DNA of 64,000 nt from assembly GCA_963730605.1 (NCBI GenBank), contig CAVSSM010000002.1, positions 256,001-320,000 on the forward strand, written 5' to 3'. The position numbers and the translations under genes are program-made. Positions 63,891 through 64,000 of the stretch are shown one piece after another. This DNA comes from an uncultured Chlamydiae bacterium (GTDB taxonomy: Bacteria > Chlamydiota > Chlamydiia > Chlamydiales > SM23-39). Position 1 is the stretch's first letter, and every line of letters starts with the position of its first letter. The notes under the pieces are model-generated. The model was not told the origin of the DNA. It worked only from the letters and a program-made list of their open reading frames with translations, and did no database searches.

Positions 63891-64000
63891 CTTAGACTTT
63901 CAATCGTAAGGATCCAATTCTTTCATCGGAGTCAACGATGTTTAATTTTTCATTTTGCAAAAACGAGCGTAAATCTTTATAAAAGTCTGGGGGCAGTGAA

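Overview
Chromosomal segment of an environmental Chlamydiae (Chlamydiota) genome. The assignment rests on chlamydia-like gene neighbourhoods (rpe..efp-accB-accC, hemY-hemN-hemE with tkt-alaS-mfd, ttcA-surE) and a stand-alone SWIB protein. Many essential genes carry frameshifts, most likely long-read indel errors. Two non-routine themes stand out. (1) A tRNA-Tyr integration hotspot (about 13.8-24.4 kb): one tyrosine-integrase island is followed by two integrase-less islets carrying Fic or Phd-VapC. Each islet is bounded by a copy of the tRNA 3' half that ends at or just past the anticodon loop, and the two islets have identically spaced IHF-like and arm-like motifs. Three 184-bp tRNA-linked tandem repeats also lie here. 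(2) A population of TA-flanked, modular, palindromic MITE-like elements. They insert into coding sequence, in one case in frame into a lipoprotein signal peptide, and share covarying hairpin modules. One such hairpin loop is the breakpoint of an IS1634 with a 201-bp target duplication. All calls were made by eye from the sequence; no database searches were run.
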